Positions 42,655 to 54,580 of a stretch of 64,000 nt of DNA are shown piece by piece. Position 1 is the first letter of the stretch, and the number at the start of each line of letters is the position of its first letter. The notes beneath the pieces are model-generated. The model saw nothing but the letters and a program-made list of their open reading frames with translations. It ran no database searches and was not told where the DNA came from. Source of the DNA: Octopus vulgaris (Eukaryota); contig OX597830.1 of NCBI GenBank assembly GCA_951406725.2, positions 5,022,001 to 5,086,000 on the forward strand, read 5' to 3'. The position numbers and the translations under genes are program-made.

Positions 42655-43025
42655 CATCATCATCATTGTTCGACCGTGGTCGAGACAATGGAATTTACCA
42701 TGCTATGCCAGACTTCACGGTCCATCATAGCATTACGGAGGTCCTGTTGCTGGATGCCTGTATCCCTGGAGATTACATCAGAGTAGGAGAGTGTGTGCCC
42801 TCTGGTATTGTGAGTTGATGGCTTCCAGAGGAGAAGAGTAGAAATTACCTCGTTTTCAGCTCTACAACAATGTCCAGCAAACTGGACTCTCCTAGCTTTC
42901 ACAAGAGATGACACAGGTGCTAGTTTCCCATATATTTGTATTTTGGTTGGATGGCACTTCCACGAGAGATTTTTGAGCTCTCATAAGGAGGCTAGTGTAG
43001 GTTCCATCCAAGCGCCTCTCAAGCT
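42655..43025 (-). mobile_element. 3' end of RTE/RTEX-like LINE with (TGA)n tail
   Basis: VKARRVQFAGHCCRAENEVISTLLLWKP...LRNAMMDREVW followed by tgatgatga. Confidence 0.75.
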
Positions 43026-43904
43026 TCTCATTATAGTAGGTGCATTAGGTATGATAAAAAATATTTAGACTAATACACAACAAAAACATCAGGACTAACA
43101 AGTATATATAACATAACGAAAACAGCACTACTAGGCACCGCACACATCCTACATAAAACTCTTTCAATACAGTAAAAATAAGAGCATCACAACAAACCAC
43201 ATCACATACTCAAAGCACATGGAGATGCACTCGGTAGTGAAGTGAAAGCACATATGATAGAAATAATGATAATAAAGGCCAACAATTTTGGTGGAGGGGA
43301 TAAGTCGATAACCAGATAACAACTGGTACTTATTTTATCAATCCTGAAAGGACAAACAATAAAGCTGACCATGGTGAAATTTGAAGTCAGATTATGAAAT
43401 GCCGCTAAGCATTTCACCTGGCTTTGGTACAAAGCCAGCAATTTTAAGGCAGTGGGTAAGTTAATTACATCAATACTAATGTTTTATATAATAAATGCAA
43501 AATTCTGTCTGCCTGTCTGTCCAGGACCCCTGACTCTTAGTCTACATATGCTCTACTTAGACATTTTATACCTTTTTTGGAATCAGGATGATCTCAGGAT
43601 TGAAAATCTGCCCTTTATTTGGTTCTTGAACATCCAGCACTAGGATCAGGTCTGGATGAAGATTTGTTAGATACTAACAGTTGAAAATTCAAATTTTAAA
43701 AAAACTTCATTTAAACTGAATTTGAATTAATACCATATTGGTAGGGTACCAATAAACACTTTATTATTATTATCATTATTATTATCGTTATTGTTATTAT
43801 TATCATTATTATTATTATTCTATTTCGTTTTCGACTGCTGGCCCAATCAACACTCTGCAGGAACTAGCTTAAAAGTCCACATGGTCACCACACAATATAA
43901 AACT

Positions 43905-44450
43905 AACAGCAGAACTCAAGCAATTCAAAGAAGCTACACAAAGAAGATCGTCTCAATGCAAAATATCAGCTACTGGGAAAGACTGAAAGTATTAAAACTC
44001 TTCTCCCTAGAGCGAAGGCGGGAGAGATATGTAGTGATGTACATGAAGGGTCTTGTCCCAAACTTTGGCATTCAAAGTTACCCCAACCGCACAACGGGGC
44101 GCCACTGCATGGTGCCAAACATTCCAACATCACCATCAAAATACTTGACCAGATACTGCAACAGCTTGGGTTTCAGAGGACCACAGCTCTTTAACATCCT
44201 CCCTAAATGCCTGAGAGACTTGCATGGTGTGGATGTGGATTTCTTTAAAACTAAACTGGATCTCTTCTTGTCGGGGGTTCCAGATGAATCTACCTCATGA
44301 CAGGAGACACAGATGCGGGCAGCAGCATCGAACTCCCTTGTTGACCAAGTGCCACGTATCAGAGGTGGATTCACATATTAGTGTAGCTCATTCAGCAGTG
44401 GTGCCCCAGCAGGGCCGCGGCCTTCGGGCTAAAACATTTTTAAGGATTTT
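43905..44450 (+). mobile_element. 3' fragment of CR1/L2-group LINE
   Basis: AIQRSYTKKI..SYWERLKVLKLFSLERRRERY...RGPQLFNILP...FKTKLDLFL. Confidence 0.78.
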
Positions 44451-44590
44451 AAGGATATATATATATATATACATATATATACATATACATATATATACAC
44501 ATATATATATATATACACACATATATATATATATGCACACATATATATTTATATACACACACATATATATATATGCACACACATATATAT

Positions 44591-44657
<67 letters not shown>

Positions 44658-44785
44658 TTTAACAATTAAGGATAATCTCTTAATAAGGGATCTTAACAAG
44701 AAATTATCGGGTAGCTAGCGTGAAAACCTCATAAAAGAAAAGAATCCGAAAATAATTTTTTTCTTTTGAACAAATTAATTATATC

Positions 44786-44945
44786 TATATTGTATAGAGG
44801 GCATTATTACACATAAATGCCTCACACTAGAGGGACAAAGTCATTACTACCAAAATTATACTAGCAGAGTATAATTTTGGTAGTAATGACTTTGTCCCTC
44901 CTAGTGTGAGGCATTTATGTGTAATAATGCCCTCTATACAATATA
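44786..44945. repeat. Near-perfect hairpin, 77-bp arms, 5-nt loop
   Basis: 44786-44862 pairs with 44868-44945 with a single 1-nt bulge; loop agcag. Confidence 0.95.
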
Positions 44946-44970
44946 TATATATATATACACATATATATAT

Positions 44971-47449
44971 AAGCCATTAGAGCAAAGAAACAGGCCTGGA
45001 AAGCCTGGAGGGATGGGGGTAGCAGAGAACTGTACCAGGTAGCCAAAAGGGAGGCTGGGCAGCAGGTATACATAGCCAAGGGTGAAGCAGAAAAGAAGTT
45101 TGCCAATGTCCAGCGACGTGAGGACCAAAGAACTGAGGTATTTCGGATTGCAAGACTGTGTGTGAGAGAAAATAGTGATGTTACAGGAGAGAAATGTGTC
45201 CGCATGGATGATGGTGCACTTGCTTTCAATGTTTCTGAAAAGAAAAAGGCTTGGAGAAGCCATTATGAGAGACTGCTGAATGTGGAGAATGAATAGGAGG
45301 AGGAGAGCCTGCCAAATGTTGACCCTTAGAGGGACCAGCTATCCGAATAGACAGCTCCCTAGTAGTTAAGGCAATTAAGGGTATGAAACCAGGAAAAGCC
45401 CCCGGCTCATCAGGAATCACTGCTGAGATGCTTAAAACAGCTGGTTGTGTGGGATATGGCCTAGTCACCCGCATTGTAAACCAGGTAGATCATAATGGAG
45501 TCATACCGAATGACTGGCGTAGCAGCACCATAGTCAACTGCTACAAGGATAAAGGTGATGCTCTAGATAGAAATAACTACAGGGGTATTAAACTGTTGGA
45601 TCAGGTGATGAAGGTCTCAGAGAGGGTCATAACCCATCTCATTAGGGAGAGAATTTGCTGAGATGAGATGCAGTTCGGTTTTGTGCCAGGTAGAAGCACC
45701 ACTGATGCCATATTCCTGGTTCGACAACTGCAGGAGAAATACCTAGCTAAAGATGAACCCCTCTACATAGCTTTTGTGGACTTGGAGAAAGTCTTTAACA
45801 GGTTCCCCCAATCACTTATCTGGTGGTCGATGTGGAAACTGGAGATTGACGAATGGCTAATAAGGGCTGTTCAGGCCCTATACAGAGAGGCTGTCAGCAA
45901 GGTTAGGATTGGCAATGAGTATAGTGAAGAATTCCGGGTAGAAGTAGGTGTCCATCAAGGTTCAGCCCTCAGTCCCCTTTTATTCATCATAGTCCTCCAG
46001 GCAATAACAGAGGAATTCAAAACAGGTTGCCCCTGGGAGCTCCTCTATGCTGATGACCTGGCTCTCATAGCAGAATCACTACCGGAACAAGAAAAGAAAT
46101 TTCGGGTGTGGAAGCAAGGTTTAGAATCAAAGGGCCTTTGAGTCAATGTAGCAAAGACCAAAGTTATAGTAAGCAGAAAGGTGAACTCATCACACACCCC
46201 CTCGAGCAGGTGGCCCTGCTCGATCTGTAGGAAAGGTGTAGATAGAAACTCCATAAGATGTACCCAGTGTAAGCTATGGATGCATAAGAGGTGTAGAAAC
46301 ATCAAAAGAAAATTAACTGATAAGATAGCTTTCATGTGTGGCAGATGCACAGGGACAATAGACACCACAGATACTCAGAAAACAGATTCCATCACACTCC
46401 AGGGGACAAAACTAGAGGTAGTTGATAGTTTCTGCTACCTGGGTGACCAAGTTAGTAGTGGAGGTGGATGCTCAGAGAGTGTCACCACTAGAATACGAAA
46501 TAGCCTGGGCAAAGTTTAGAAAGCTCCTACCCCTACTGGTGACGAAGGGTCTCTCACTCAGAGCGAAAGGTAGATTGTATGATGCATGTTTGTGAACCGC
46601 TATGCTTCATGGTAGTGAAACATGGACTGTGACTGCAGAGGACATGCGTAGACTTGAAAGAAATGAAGCTAACATGATCCGCTGGATGTGTAATGTCAGT
46701 GTGCACTCACGACAGAGTGTAAGCACCCTGAGAGAAATGCTGGACATAAGAAGCATCAGATGTGATGTGCAAAAGCGACGCTTGCGATGGTATGGTCATG
46801 TACTGCAGATGGATGAGGAGAGATGTGTGAAGAAGTGCCGCTCCCAAACAGTTGAAGGTATCAGGGGGAGAGGTAGACCCAGGAAGACATGGGATGAGGT
46901 GGTCAAGCATGACTTCAGAGTGTTGGGCCTCACAGAAACAATGACGAAGGACCGAGATCTCTGGAGATATGCTGTGACTACAAAGACCTGGGCTGCTTCC
47001 TGCACCAGTTCCGCATAGCCCCTGCCCATTCAAAGTACCTTGGATTCCAGAACAACCCGCTGTGCTTGAGGAGACCTATTGAGTCAAGTACATGAACATC
47101 GAAATAAATATCAAATGGAAATAGCAGTTGTGATAACTGTGCCAGAGGCACGTAAAAATCACCATCCAAACGTGGCCGATGCCAGCACCACCTTGACTGG
47201 CTACTGTGCTGGTGGCACATACAAAGCACCATCCAAACGTGGCTGATGCCAGCGCCGCCTTGACTGGCTTCTGTGCCGGTGGCACGTAAAAAGCACCCAC
47301 TACACTCACAGAGTGGTTGGCGTTAGGAAGGGCATCCAGCTGTAGATCAAACTGGAGCCTGGTGCAGCCTCCTGGCTTCCCAGACCCCGGTCGAACCATC
47401 AAACCCGTGCTAGCATGAAAAACGGACGTTAAACGATGATTATGATGAT
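44971..47449 (+). mobile_element. 5'-truncated RTE-clade LINE, pseudogenised, with 3' UTR and (GAT)n tail
   Basis: RT motifs KAPG..GI.AEMLK, NYRGIKLL, QFGFVPGRSTTDAIF, FVDLEK, GVHQGSALSPLLF, LLYADD, FCYLG, and RTE C-terminus RRLRWYGHV, GRGRPRKTW. In-frame stops (45659, 46139) and a frameshift near 46500. Inserted in (TA)n. Confidence 0.92.
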
Positions 47450-47455
47450 ATACAT

Positions 47456-47496
<41 letters not shown>

Positions 47497-47530
47497 CATA
47501 CATATATATATATACATACATATATATATG

Positions 47531-47562
<32 letters not shown>

Positions 47563-47568
47563 CATACA

Positions 47569-47622
<54 letters not shown>

Positions 47623-47651
47623 CATACATATATATATACATACATATATAT

Positions 47652-47691
<40 letters not shown>

Positions 47692-47739
47692 GTACATATA
47701 TATATATTTACATACATATATATATATATATATACATAC

Positions 47740-47770
<31 letters not shown>

Positions 47771-47979
47771 CGTACATATATATATACGTACATATCTATA
47801 TATACGTACATATATATATACGTACATATCTATATATACATACATATATATATATATATATAAATACATATATATATATAAATACATATACATACATATA
47901 CATACATATACATATACATGCATATACATATACATACATATACATATACATACATACATACATACATACATATACATAC

Positions 47980-48038
<59 letters not shown>
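47450..48038. repeat. ~590-nt compound (TA)n/(TACA)n microsatellite
   Basis: Seen directly. Similar tracts at 2390-2517, 5375-5445, 5903-6180, 7997-8188, 19300-19415, 19580-19722, 44455-44655. Confidence 0.97.
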
Positions 48039-48042
<4 letters not shown>

Positions 48043-48257
48043 TAATAAAATATTAGGGAATAAATCCAAACTTACAGGGAAAAATCAGATTTAGGATTGA
48101 ATCCAATTTTATAGTAAAATATTATATTATATTAAATTAGAAATAAAACCACTATTAGGCAAATCATACAATGAAAGACTTAAGCCAATACATAAGATTA
48201 ATTTATTTATATTATTTTAAATATATATCAAAATTATTAAAAAAAGATAATTAGTAT

Positions 48258-48325
48258 AACACTACGATCGTTTCATGGCTGTCCAATTCGTAAAAATTCG
48301 AGTTACAGTCATTCTTCAGGTGATT
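48258..48325 (-). ncRNA. Type I hammerhead ribozyme motif, inverted copy
   Basis: Minus strand reads aatcac CTGAAGA atgactgt...acagccat GAAA cgatcg TA gtgtt; all core positions intact. Confidence 0.7.
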
Positions 48326-48347
48326 GAAATATTTAACTTAAATATTT

Positions 48348-48417
48348 AAACGACCTGATGAATGACTGTAACTCGAAAATTTAAAGAAATTAACAGCCAT
48401 GAAACGATCGTAGTGTT
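48348..48417 (+). ncRNA. Type I hammerhead ribozyme motif (Penelope-like, palindromic stem III)
   Basis: Stem I aaacgac/gtgtt (one bulge); CTGATGA 48355-61; stem II atgactgt/acagccat (7 of 8 pairs); GAAA 48401-04; palindrome cgatcg; UH = TA 48411-12. Confidence 0.7.
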
Positions 48418-48680
48418 ATATTAATTATATTTTTTAATAATTTTGTTATATATTTAAATAATATAAATTAAATAATCTTATGTATTGGCTTAAGTTTTTC
48501 ATCGTATGATTTGCCTAATAGTGGTTTTATCTCTAATTTAATAAAATATATATATATATATTACATATACATATATATATATAATCTAAGCAGCTGATTA
48601 ACTGGCTAAAAAATATTCAACAGGTTTACTACAGTAGAATTATAAAGGCTGCTCAACAAAGGGTTTGCTTTAGTACCATA

Positions 48681-48967
48681 CAGGGCTGTGGAGTTGAAAC
48701 AAAAAACTTCAACTCTGACTCCTCTAAAATTGGCACCTCTGACTCCAACTCTGACTGACTCCTCTTTATGTAATTCAGGGATTGTGGTCTACATATCTCA
48801 AAGCATATGTATACGCTTGTACTTTGTGTAGGCCTATATGTCATAAATGGTTTATATTAAAGAATAAAGATATTGTGAGTCGGAATCAGTCAGTATAGTT
48901 TTACCGACTCCGACTTCAGCTACCCCTTAATTGTTTCCAACTCCACGACTCTGACTCCACAGCTCTA
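48681..48967. mobile_element. MITE with 8-bp target-site duplication (hAT-like)
   Basis: TIRs cagggctgtggagt / actccacagctcta, internal gactcc repeats, TSD gtaccata at 48673-80 and 48968-75. Confidence 0.8.
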
Positions 48968-49139
48968 GTACCATATTCCCATGAGTATTACATGATCTCA
49001 TCAAGACAACAAATGATTTAAGAAAATATTTTAAACATCAGCCATTAATTTGCTTTTATTTTTACTGCATCATAATTTGTAGACTTTGTTTTGATTTTAC
49101 TGATTCACTTTGTTTTATCATTTCCTATTCTTAAATTAG

Positions 49140-49293
49140 GTGTGTTGAAAAGGAAGATTTGTCTCGAAGCATATCACTGCAAGACTCTTACTGTGATGAG
49201 ATTCCAAAACCTGCTGAACAGCGTATTTGCAGTACTCCATGTATTAGGGAATGTGTTGTGAGTGAATGGTCTGAGTGGACAAAATGTGATGTA
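49140..49293 (+). CDS. THSD7A: THSD7-like exon E, phase 2-0
   Basis: Acceptor tttcctattcttaaattag, donor gta|gtaagt. (M)CVEKEDLSRSISLQDSYCDEIPKPAEQRICSTPCIRECVVSEWSEWTKCDV; phase joins exon D. Confidence 0.9.
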
Positions 49294-50081
49294 GTAAGTA
49301 ACACAGCCCTTTCTTTCTTTCACTTGTCTTTTTTTATATTTGTATTTATTTTGGCTTAATTAAAATTTAAAAACCTTTGGAAGTGGTTTGAGCAGAAAAC
49401 CTTTGAAGAAAGTCAGTGGTGGGAAATAGATATCATAACCTAAAGTAATGTTACGAAGAAGATGATGCTATTAATGGGAACATTAATATCAGGTGAACTT
49501 TACACATTTGATATTTAGGGAAGTAATTCATTTGAAAAGGATTCTGAAAACCAATAAAATGCAACTCACAGGAATGGAATGATTTAAAACTTATTAACTG
49601 ACAGATATTCAGAATTTGATGTTTGAGATTTCGTATGTTCACATTTTCCTTTGAAACTCCAAACTTTAAAGTGATTTGCAATTTAAACATGATAGATAGA
49701 TACATATATAAATAAATACCTTATATATTTGTATAAAAAAGTCTTACATAAATATCACAGAGAGAGAGTTCTATAGAATACCCAGTTTCCCTAAATCTAA
49801 GCACACACAACACTACTTTTTCAGATGTTGTCCATATATTACACATTGATGTCTGAAAGATGATGATTTTCAAACACAGTTCCATACATCCTTATTCTAA
49901 GTCTGTTCATCATCAATTCTAAAGTATTTGAGTCACAATTCTCTCTTCAATATTTCTTTCTTTTCATTTTGTTTTTGGACATTCCAATGGACCTCCTGCT
50001 GACCAATTCAGCATAACCTTTCTGTTCTGACAACCACCAAAACTTCAAAGGTGGTTTCAAGATGATAGACTTTACACTGTG

Positions 50082-51003
50082 TACAAAGGTGGTATCAAAA
50101 TATTCCTGGACAAGTTCTGTAACATGCCAACAGATGGCAGCACATGGTTGTATGCACAGTGAGAGCCAGCAGTGACATCTATGGGGCAATGTGCTGAGTG
50201 GAATTGCTGTATTTTACTTCACAAGTTGTGAAATTTGTGTTTTGTGGTCACATGTATACTGTAGTCTGTGATTATGTCATGGACAGAAAGTTGGAACAAA
50301 GAGCCAGCATGAGATTTTGCATTAAACTTGGGAACTCTGCTACAGAGACATTGAGCATGCTTTGGCATGCTTATGGGGATGAGGCAGTGATTCATATACA
50401 ATGTTTCAAGTGTCACAGGCGCTTCAAAAGTGGGAAAACATCCTTGAAAGATGATGAGCGATCTGGAAGACCTGCCACAAGTGCCCCCCACCCCCAACCC
50501 TGTAAATGTGGAGAAAATTCCTCAGCTTGTGCATGAAGATCAACAGAGGTCAATCAATGATGTTTTGAAGTGTTTGAGTGAGGACATTCAGAGAAAGTGA
50601 CCAGATCTATGGAGCATGAATAATTGGATTCTCCATGATGACAGTGCCCCCTGTCACTGAGCTCTCCTCACTCATGAGTTTCTCACCCAAAACAACATAG
50701 TATTGCTTCCATACCCACCCTATTTGCCAGATGTAGCACGTGTGGACATCCATCTCTTCCCTAAGATGAAAATGCTGCTCAAAAGTTGCTGTTTCAACAC
50801 CATTGTCAAGATACAGAGCGAATCACAGATGGTCTTTGACTTTCTTAGGGAAAATGACTTTCAGGCTGGATTCCAAACATGGTAGGAATGCTGGGATTGG
50901 TTTATTGCTGTGCAAGGTGACTACTTTGAAGGAGATGACTTAGATAAATACGTTATTGTTTATTAAACATAACTAGTCCACAAACCCTTTGATACTGCTT
51001 CAT
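50082..51003 (+). mobile_element. Internally deleted mariner (Tc1/mariner) transposon
   Basis: N-terminus EQRASMRFCIKLGNSATETLSML..AYGD..SLKDDERSGRP; C-terminus WILHDDSAPCH, PYPPYLPDVA (YSPDLAP-like). Degenerate TIRs ggtatcaaaa..ggacaagtt / aactagtcc..tttgatac. Confidence 0.85.
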
Positions 51004-51015
51004 CTCTATTTGATA

Positions 51016-51407
51016 CTAGCAGTATCACCTGGCGTTGCTAGGGTTTGTTTCGACCCTTTAGAATTGGAATTTTTGAAAAATAAAAATTTTGTATTATGTA
51101 GCTTCTTATTCTCTTTAAGTGAACATTCTTCTGGTTGAAATACACCGAAAAATGGCGACACAGCAGTCAAGAAAAAGTAAAAGATAGGGAATTTCATAGA
51201 AAAAAAGCACCTTTTTGATGTAAATAATTTTTTATCTTAACATGGTCCGATTTGAATTTTTTCTTCCACGGAAAGAAGAGCAAGCCTTCTTCTATCATAC
51301 TCTCAATTTTGGTCAACTTGCACCACAGGATCTCGGAGGAGATAGTGTTAGTTGAAGGCTACCAAACCTGCCACACACAGACAACTTCAGCTTTATATAT
51401 ATATAGA
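51016..51407 (-). mobile_element. Non-autonomous Helitron, copy 2
   Basis: Same 5' TC, 3' CTAG and subterminal hairpin as 35318-35708. Confidence 0.8.
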
Positions 51408-52321
51408 TATATTGGTCATGTCAAGTGAGGCTCAGACAATATATAAAAACTAAAAGTTTTTCAAAACTTGATATACATTTTTTGCCATCTATGCATGAAA
51501 ATATGTCAGTAAATTTTTCATATACAGAATGTAAGGGAAAATGGTTATTTACGAAACATTTTTCAAAATGTTAATCCATTATAACATTTTTCTTTCATAA
51601 TTTTTGTGAAGCAATTGTTAAGTTTTATGTCACAGGCATTAATCATTTAAGTTTGGGCAGAATTTATTGGAAAGAATTCCTAAAACTTATTGGATGGACA
51701 GGAATCTTGGGATTCTAATTTGATTGTTTCTAATCAAAAGAAACAAATATCTGAGTTGACCTAAGAGGAAAATGGTCAATTCTGAACCATGTAAATAAAG
51801 TTAGCTGGAAAAGTATGATATGAATCAATGAGATTTCAGAATCTTCAGCAACAAAGAACTTTAAAAGTTATATTTTGTAGTTTGCTCCTCATAATTTGAT
51901 AAAATGAGTTGACCATGCTAGAGCAATATTTTTGCCAAACACATAAAATAAACTGATTACGTGAGCAAAGTCCACCCTTTCCCATGTGGTAGGCCTTCTT
52001 CTCCCCTCAACCATTCAACTTTTGCTCATAACTCAACCATGTCATCTCTCTCTTATCTGCCACCCACCCCCAACAACTGTATCAATGTTACTCCTCCTGT
52101 TGTTTTCCCTACCACCACCACTCTTCTGCATCCCTCTATATCCCCCCCAACTCATGGTTCTTACTTTATCCACCCTTTCATCCTATGCATTTTGGCAGTT
52201 TGCCTTCTCATACCTTCATTGTCCTTCCCATACAATCTAGCAAACTGTCTGCTCACCTTGTGGGGACCCCCTGGAGACCTCATCACTATTATCTATCTTT
52301 TGAAGCACCTATGGAGTTCTG

Positions 52322-52905
52322 TTTTTGATTCAACGGTCATTCGGAATGCTCACAGCAGCCATATTCCTACCGCTTTATGTCATGCTGGTGAGACCCATAT
52401 TGGTGTACGGGATTCAAGCCTCTTCTCCTTATCTCCTCAAAGACATATATCATCTCAAAAGAGTTCAGAAGCTGGCTACCCGCATGGTTCTTGGTCTCAA
52501 GCATTTGTCTTATGAAGAAAGACTGAAGACACTCGACCTTTATTCTCTCGAAAAACGCCGCTGCCGTAGTGATCTCATTCTTGCTCACAGCATTATAAGT
52601 GGAAAATGTAACCTCTTGAAAGAGCAGTTCTTCACTCCTGCTCCAGAGCGTGGGCTGCTGGGTCATTCCGAAAAGCTCTATCTATGGCGATTTCATCTCA
52701 ATCGAAGGAGAGGGGCTTTCTCGGTCCGGGTTGCGGATCCATGGAATAAGATGCCGGATGAGATAGTGAAGATGCCGACGACCATTCGGTTCAAAGTCTC
52801 TCTTGACCAGAAATGGCCTGAACTCTTTGTATGACCACCCTCCCTGTCCCCCTACATGGCCTTGCTTTTGCTTTTTGAGCCAATAAAAATTGAATTGAAT
52901 TGAAA
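52322..52905 (+). mobile_element. 3' fragment of CR1-like LINE with (AATTG)n tail
   Basis: LYVMLVRPILVYG..SPYLLKDI..RVQKLATRMV..LSYEERLKTLDLYSLEKRR..FSVRV..WNKMP; ends aataaaaattgaattgaattga. Confidence 0.85.
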
Positions 52906-53524
52906 TATTCTCTCTCCATTTTACTACTAGATGTGAATAGCCATGCAGATCCTCTCCAAGAACCTGCTCTACTCCTCCCTACCTCTTCCAAAGTTTGTTG
53001 TACTGCAAGCTGCATGGAGATTTCAATTGTGCAGGTGACACTAAAAAAGGACCCACTTCATGCTGTAAATTGGTTGGCATTAGAAAGGGCATCCAGCCAT
53101 AGAAGTCATACCAAAGCTGACATTGGAGTATAATGCAGTCCTTGGGTCACATCAACGGATCCTGTCACACCATCCAACCTATGCCAGCAGAGAATACAGA
53201 CTTGAAAAGCTGCTGCTGAAGTTTATGATGATGATGATGATTCCACTTACTTTACAAACCAAAAATTGGTTTTTAAATCAAGGAAACTGAGTTACAAGAA
53301 TAAATCAGAAAAGTTTTCATTTTACTAAACTACTTTTCAGAAACTTATTTCAGATATGGCAAATAATTTTTTAAGTATTTATTTTAACAGTCGTGAAATA
53401 TAATTACCACAATGATTATTCTTCTATGAAATATAACATTTTCATTGCAATGGCTTTTTTTTTCCCTTTTTTTATTTTTTAGAATTGAAACTTTACTGAT
53501 TTTTACTTTCCCCTTTTGTTTTAG

Positions 53525-53797
53525 CCCTGCAATAGGCAACAAACTCAGTGGAGAACACGAAAAGTTTTACGAGAACCAGATAAATATAGGCGAGACCATT
53601 ATCCTTGCCCATCTCTCCGAGAAGAACTTTATTGCATTAAAGGCAAAAACTGCAGGGAATTTATTTGGAACGTTTCAAAATGGACATCCTGTATGGTCAA
53701 AGATGGAGAAGAACCCTGTGGTTTTGGCAAAAGAGAGCGCTTTATTATGTGTACTGATTATTATGGAAAATTACAGAGGAGTCACTACTGCTATGAA
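53525..53797 (+). CDS. THSD7A: THSD7-like exon F, phase 0-0
   Basis: Acceptor cccttttgttttag, donor gaa|gtaagg, 273 nt: PCNRQQTQWRTRKVLREPDKYRRDHYPCPSLREELYCIKGKNCREFIWNVSKWTSCMVKDGEEPCGFGKRERFIMCTDYYGKLQRSHYCYE. Confidence 0.9.
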
Positions 53798-54347
53798 GTA
53801 AGGAAATACTTTCTGCTACTATTAATCATTATCTTTGTCTATGATTATCAGCTCAGTTGCCACAGGTTGATGAGATTCCACTAAATCTATATCATGTGAA
53901 ATATATCTCATCAAACCTAGATATAAAATATACTCAAATAAATTACTTCCGCTATGATGACATGTTTGTATTATCAACAACTTTAACAGGACAATGATCA
54001 TTAATTTTTTTCTTTTTTTTCTTTTACACAATGGAAATAAAAGAGCCTTGTTTGTATCTGTTTGGTGTATCATATACCTGGAAGGTTGATCTCCAACAGA
54101 CTTGGCTCAAAAGGTAGTCTGAGACAATGAATAAATTTTGGGCTTCACAAAGAATAATAGATATTTTTTTAAAAACATTCAGTAATTAAATAACAGCCAA
54201 ACTCAAAGTGGAAACAAAAGCATTTTAGGTAGAGATACATCCTTTCATAATCAAACTGGAAATATATAGGGTTTATCAAACTGAAGAATTGATTAGCCAT
54301 ATTTGGTATAACTAAGGTATATTTGGTATAACATATTTGGTATAACT

Positions 54348-54580
54348 GAGGTGGCGAGCTGGCAGAACCATTAACACGCCAGGCGAAATGCGTAGCCATA
54401 TTTCGTCTGCCGTTACGTTCTGAGTTCAAATTCCGCCGAGATCGACTTTGCCTTTCATCCTTTCGGGGTCGATAAATTAAATACCAGTTAATCACTGGGG
54501 TCGATGTAATCGACTTAATCCATTTGTCTGTCCTTGTTTGTCCCTTCTATGTTTAGCCCCTTGTGGGTAGCAAAGAAACA
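54348..54580 (+). mobile_element. SINE family 2, young copy
   Basis: ggcgagctggcagaa...gagttcaaattcc...gccccttgtgggtagcaaagaaa, as at 26720. Confidence 0.82.

Larger units (their letters stand above)
48123..48550. repeat. Long foldback (inverted repeat, ~214-nt arms, centre ~48337)
   Basis: Arms reverse-complementary at roughly 89% by manual alignment, e.g. ataaaaccactattaggcaaatcatac / gtatgatttgcctaatagtggttttat. Flanked by (TA)n tracts. Confidence 0.92.

Noticed and set aside
47076-48069. Many 60-233 aa YI/YV/HT-rich ORFs (also near 5.9, 8.0, 19.3 and 44.5 kb)
   Set aside because: Translations of (TA)n/(TACA)n microsatellites.
51961-52515. 184-aa ORF
   Set aside because: Pyrimidine-rich low-complexity sequence running into an off-frame CR1 fragment.
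53445-53801. 118-aa ORF overlapping exon F
   Set aside because: Alternative frame with no recognisable motif; the Cys/Trp-patterned frame fits the splice phases.
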